Source of the DNA: Prasinococcaceae sp. CCMP 1430 | Lineage: Eukaryota > Plantae > Prasinodermophyta | Assembly (NCBI GenBank): GCA_013416795.1 | Contig: RQSC01000002.1 | Coordinates: forward strand, 575,801-639,800 | DNA length: 64,000 nt | Direction: 5' to 3' | Shown here: in pieces, positions 63,636 to 64,000 of the stretch | How positions within the stretch are numbered: position 1 is the stretch's first letter | How the letters are laid out: the number at the start of each line of letters is the position of its first letter | Translations under genes and position numbers: made by a program | Notes under the pieces: generated by a model | Database searches by the model: none | Seen by the model: the letters and a program-made list of their open reading frames with translations, nothing else | What the model was told of the DNA's origin: nothing

Positions 63636-64000
63636 GGCGCGCGCGCGGCCGGCCAACCCCGACCCCACCGCCTATCAGCCCCTCTCCTCCCTTCTACGTC
63701 GCCTTGGCGCCCCTCTCGCGCCCCCCAGACCCACCACCACCCCGGCAGGCCCCGCCGCAACGTGTGGCGGCGCGCGGCGCGCGCGCCGGCTCTGTTCGTA
63801 CGCACGCGCGCGTCCCCGCCAGATCACAACAATCTGTCATTATTGGCTACCGTGGGTGCATGTGACGTAGATCTTCACATTACATACGCGCACGTGTACG
63901 CGCGCGGGTGCGCTCGCTGCTCGCACGCGCGCCGCATGAGCGTGTGCGTGTGCGTGTGCGCGCGTGCGGGCGTGCGACACTGGGCGCGTGCGGCGCGGCC

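Overview
This window is eukaryotic nuclear DNA: GC-rich (roughly 70% by eye), gene-dense, with about 30 protein-coding genes. It has short GT-AG spliceosomal introns (donors often GTGCG, branch points GCTGAC/GCTAAC), CA/GT microsatellites and four N-gaps. Plastid-directed genes (two Ycf45 paralogues, a Lilium-type thioredoxin, DUF1997, MinC-like), ciliary genes (tectonic, TPPP, MAK kinase) and plant-type SEC23/NUP58/SKIP31 point to an early-diverging, prasinophyte-grade green alga (inference). All family calls come from motif recognition by eye; no searches were run. Main observations: (1) a three-exon gene, split across ORFs in the track, that joins a bacterial MinC C-terminal domain to a 4-TM membrane domain (53927-55112); (2) a 56-bp plastid-type trnR(ACG) fragment sitting directly after the ATG of a nuclear gene (56998-57053); (3) a protein of about 1500 aa with a PSI domain, six phage-tail-like repeats and a legume-lectin domain split by one repeat (44513-49345); (4) two candidate bicistronic pairs (ssSPT with NOL9; ISD11 with a 78-aa tail-anchored ORF); (5) an RRM / PcnB-type poly(A) polymerase fusion; (6) an orphan fragment of a 3D domain. 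The assembly shows signs of error (duplications next to Ns, apparent frameshifts), so several findings need read-level validation.
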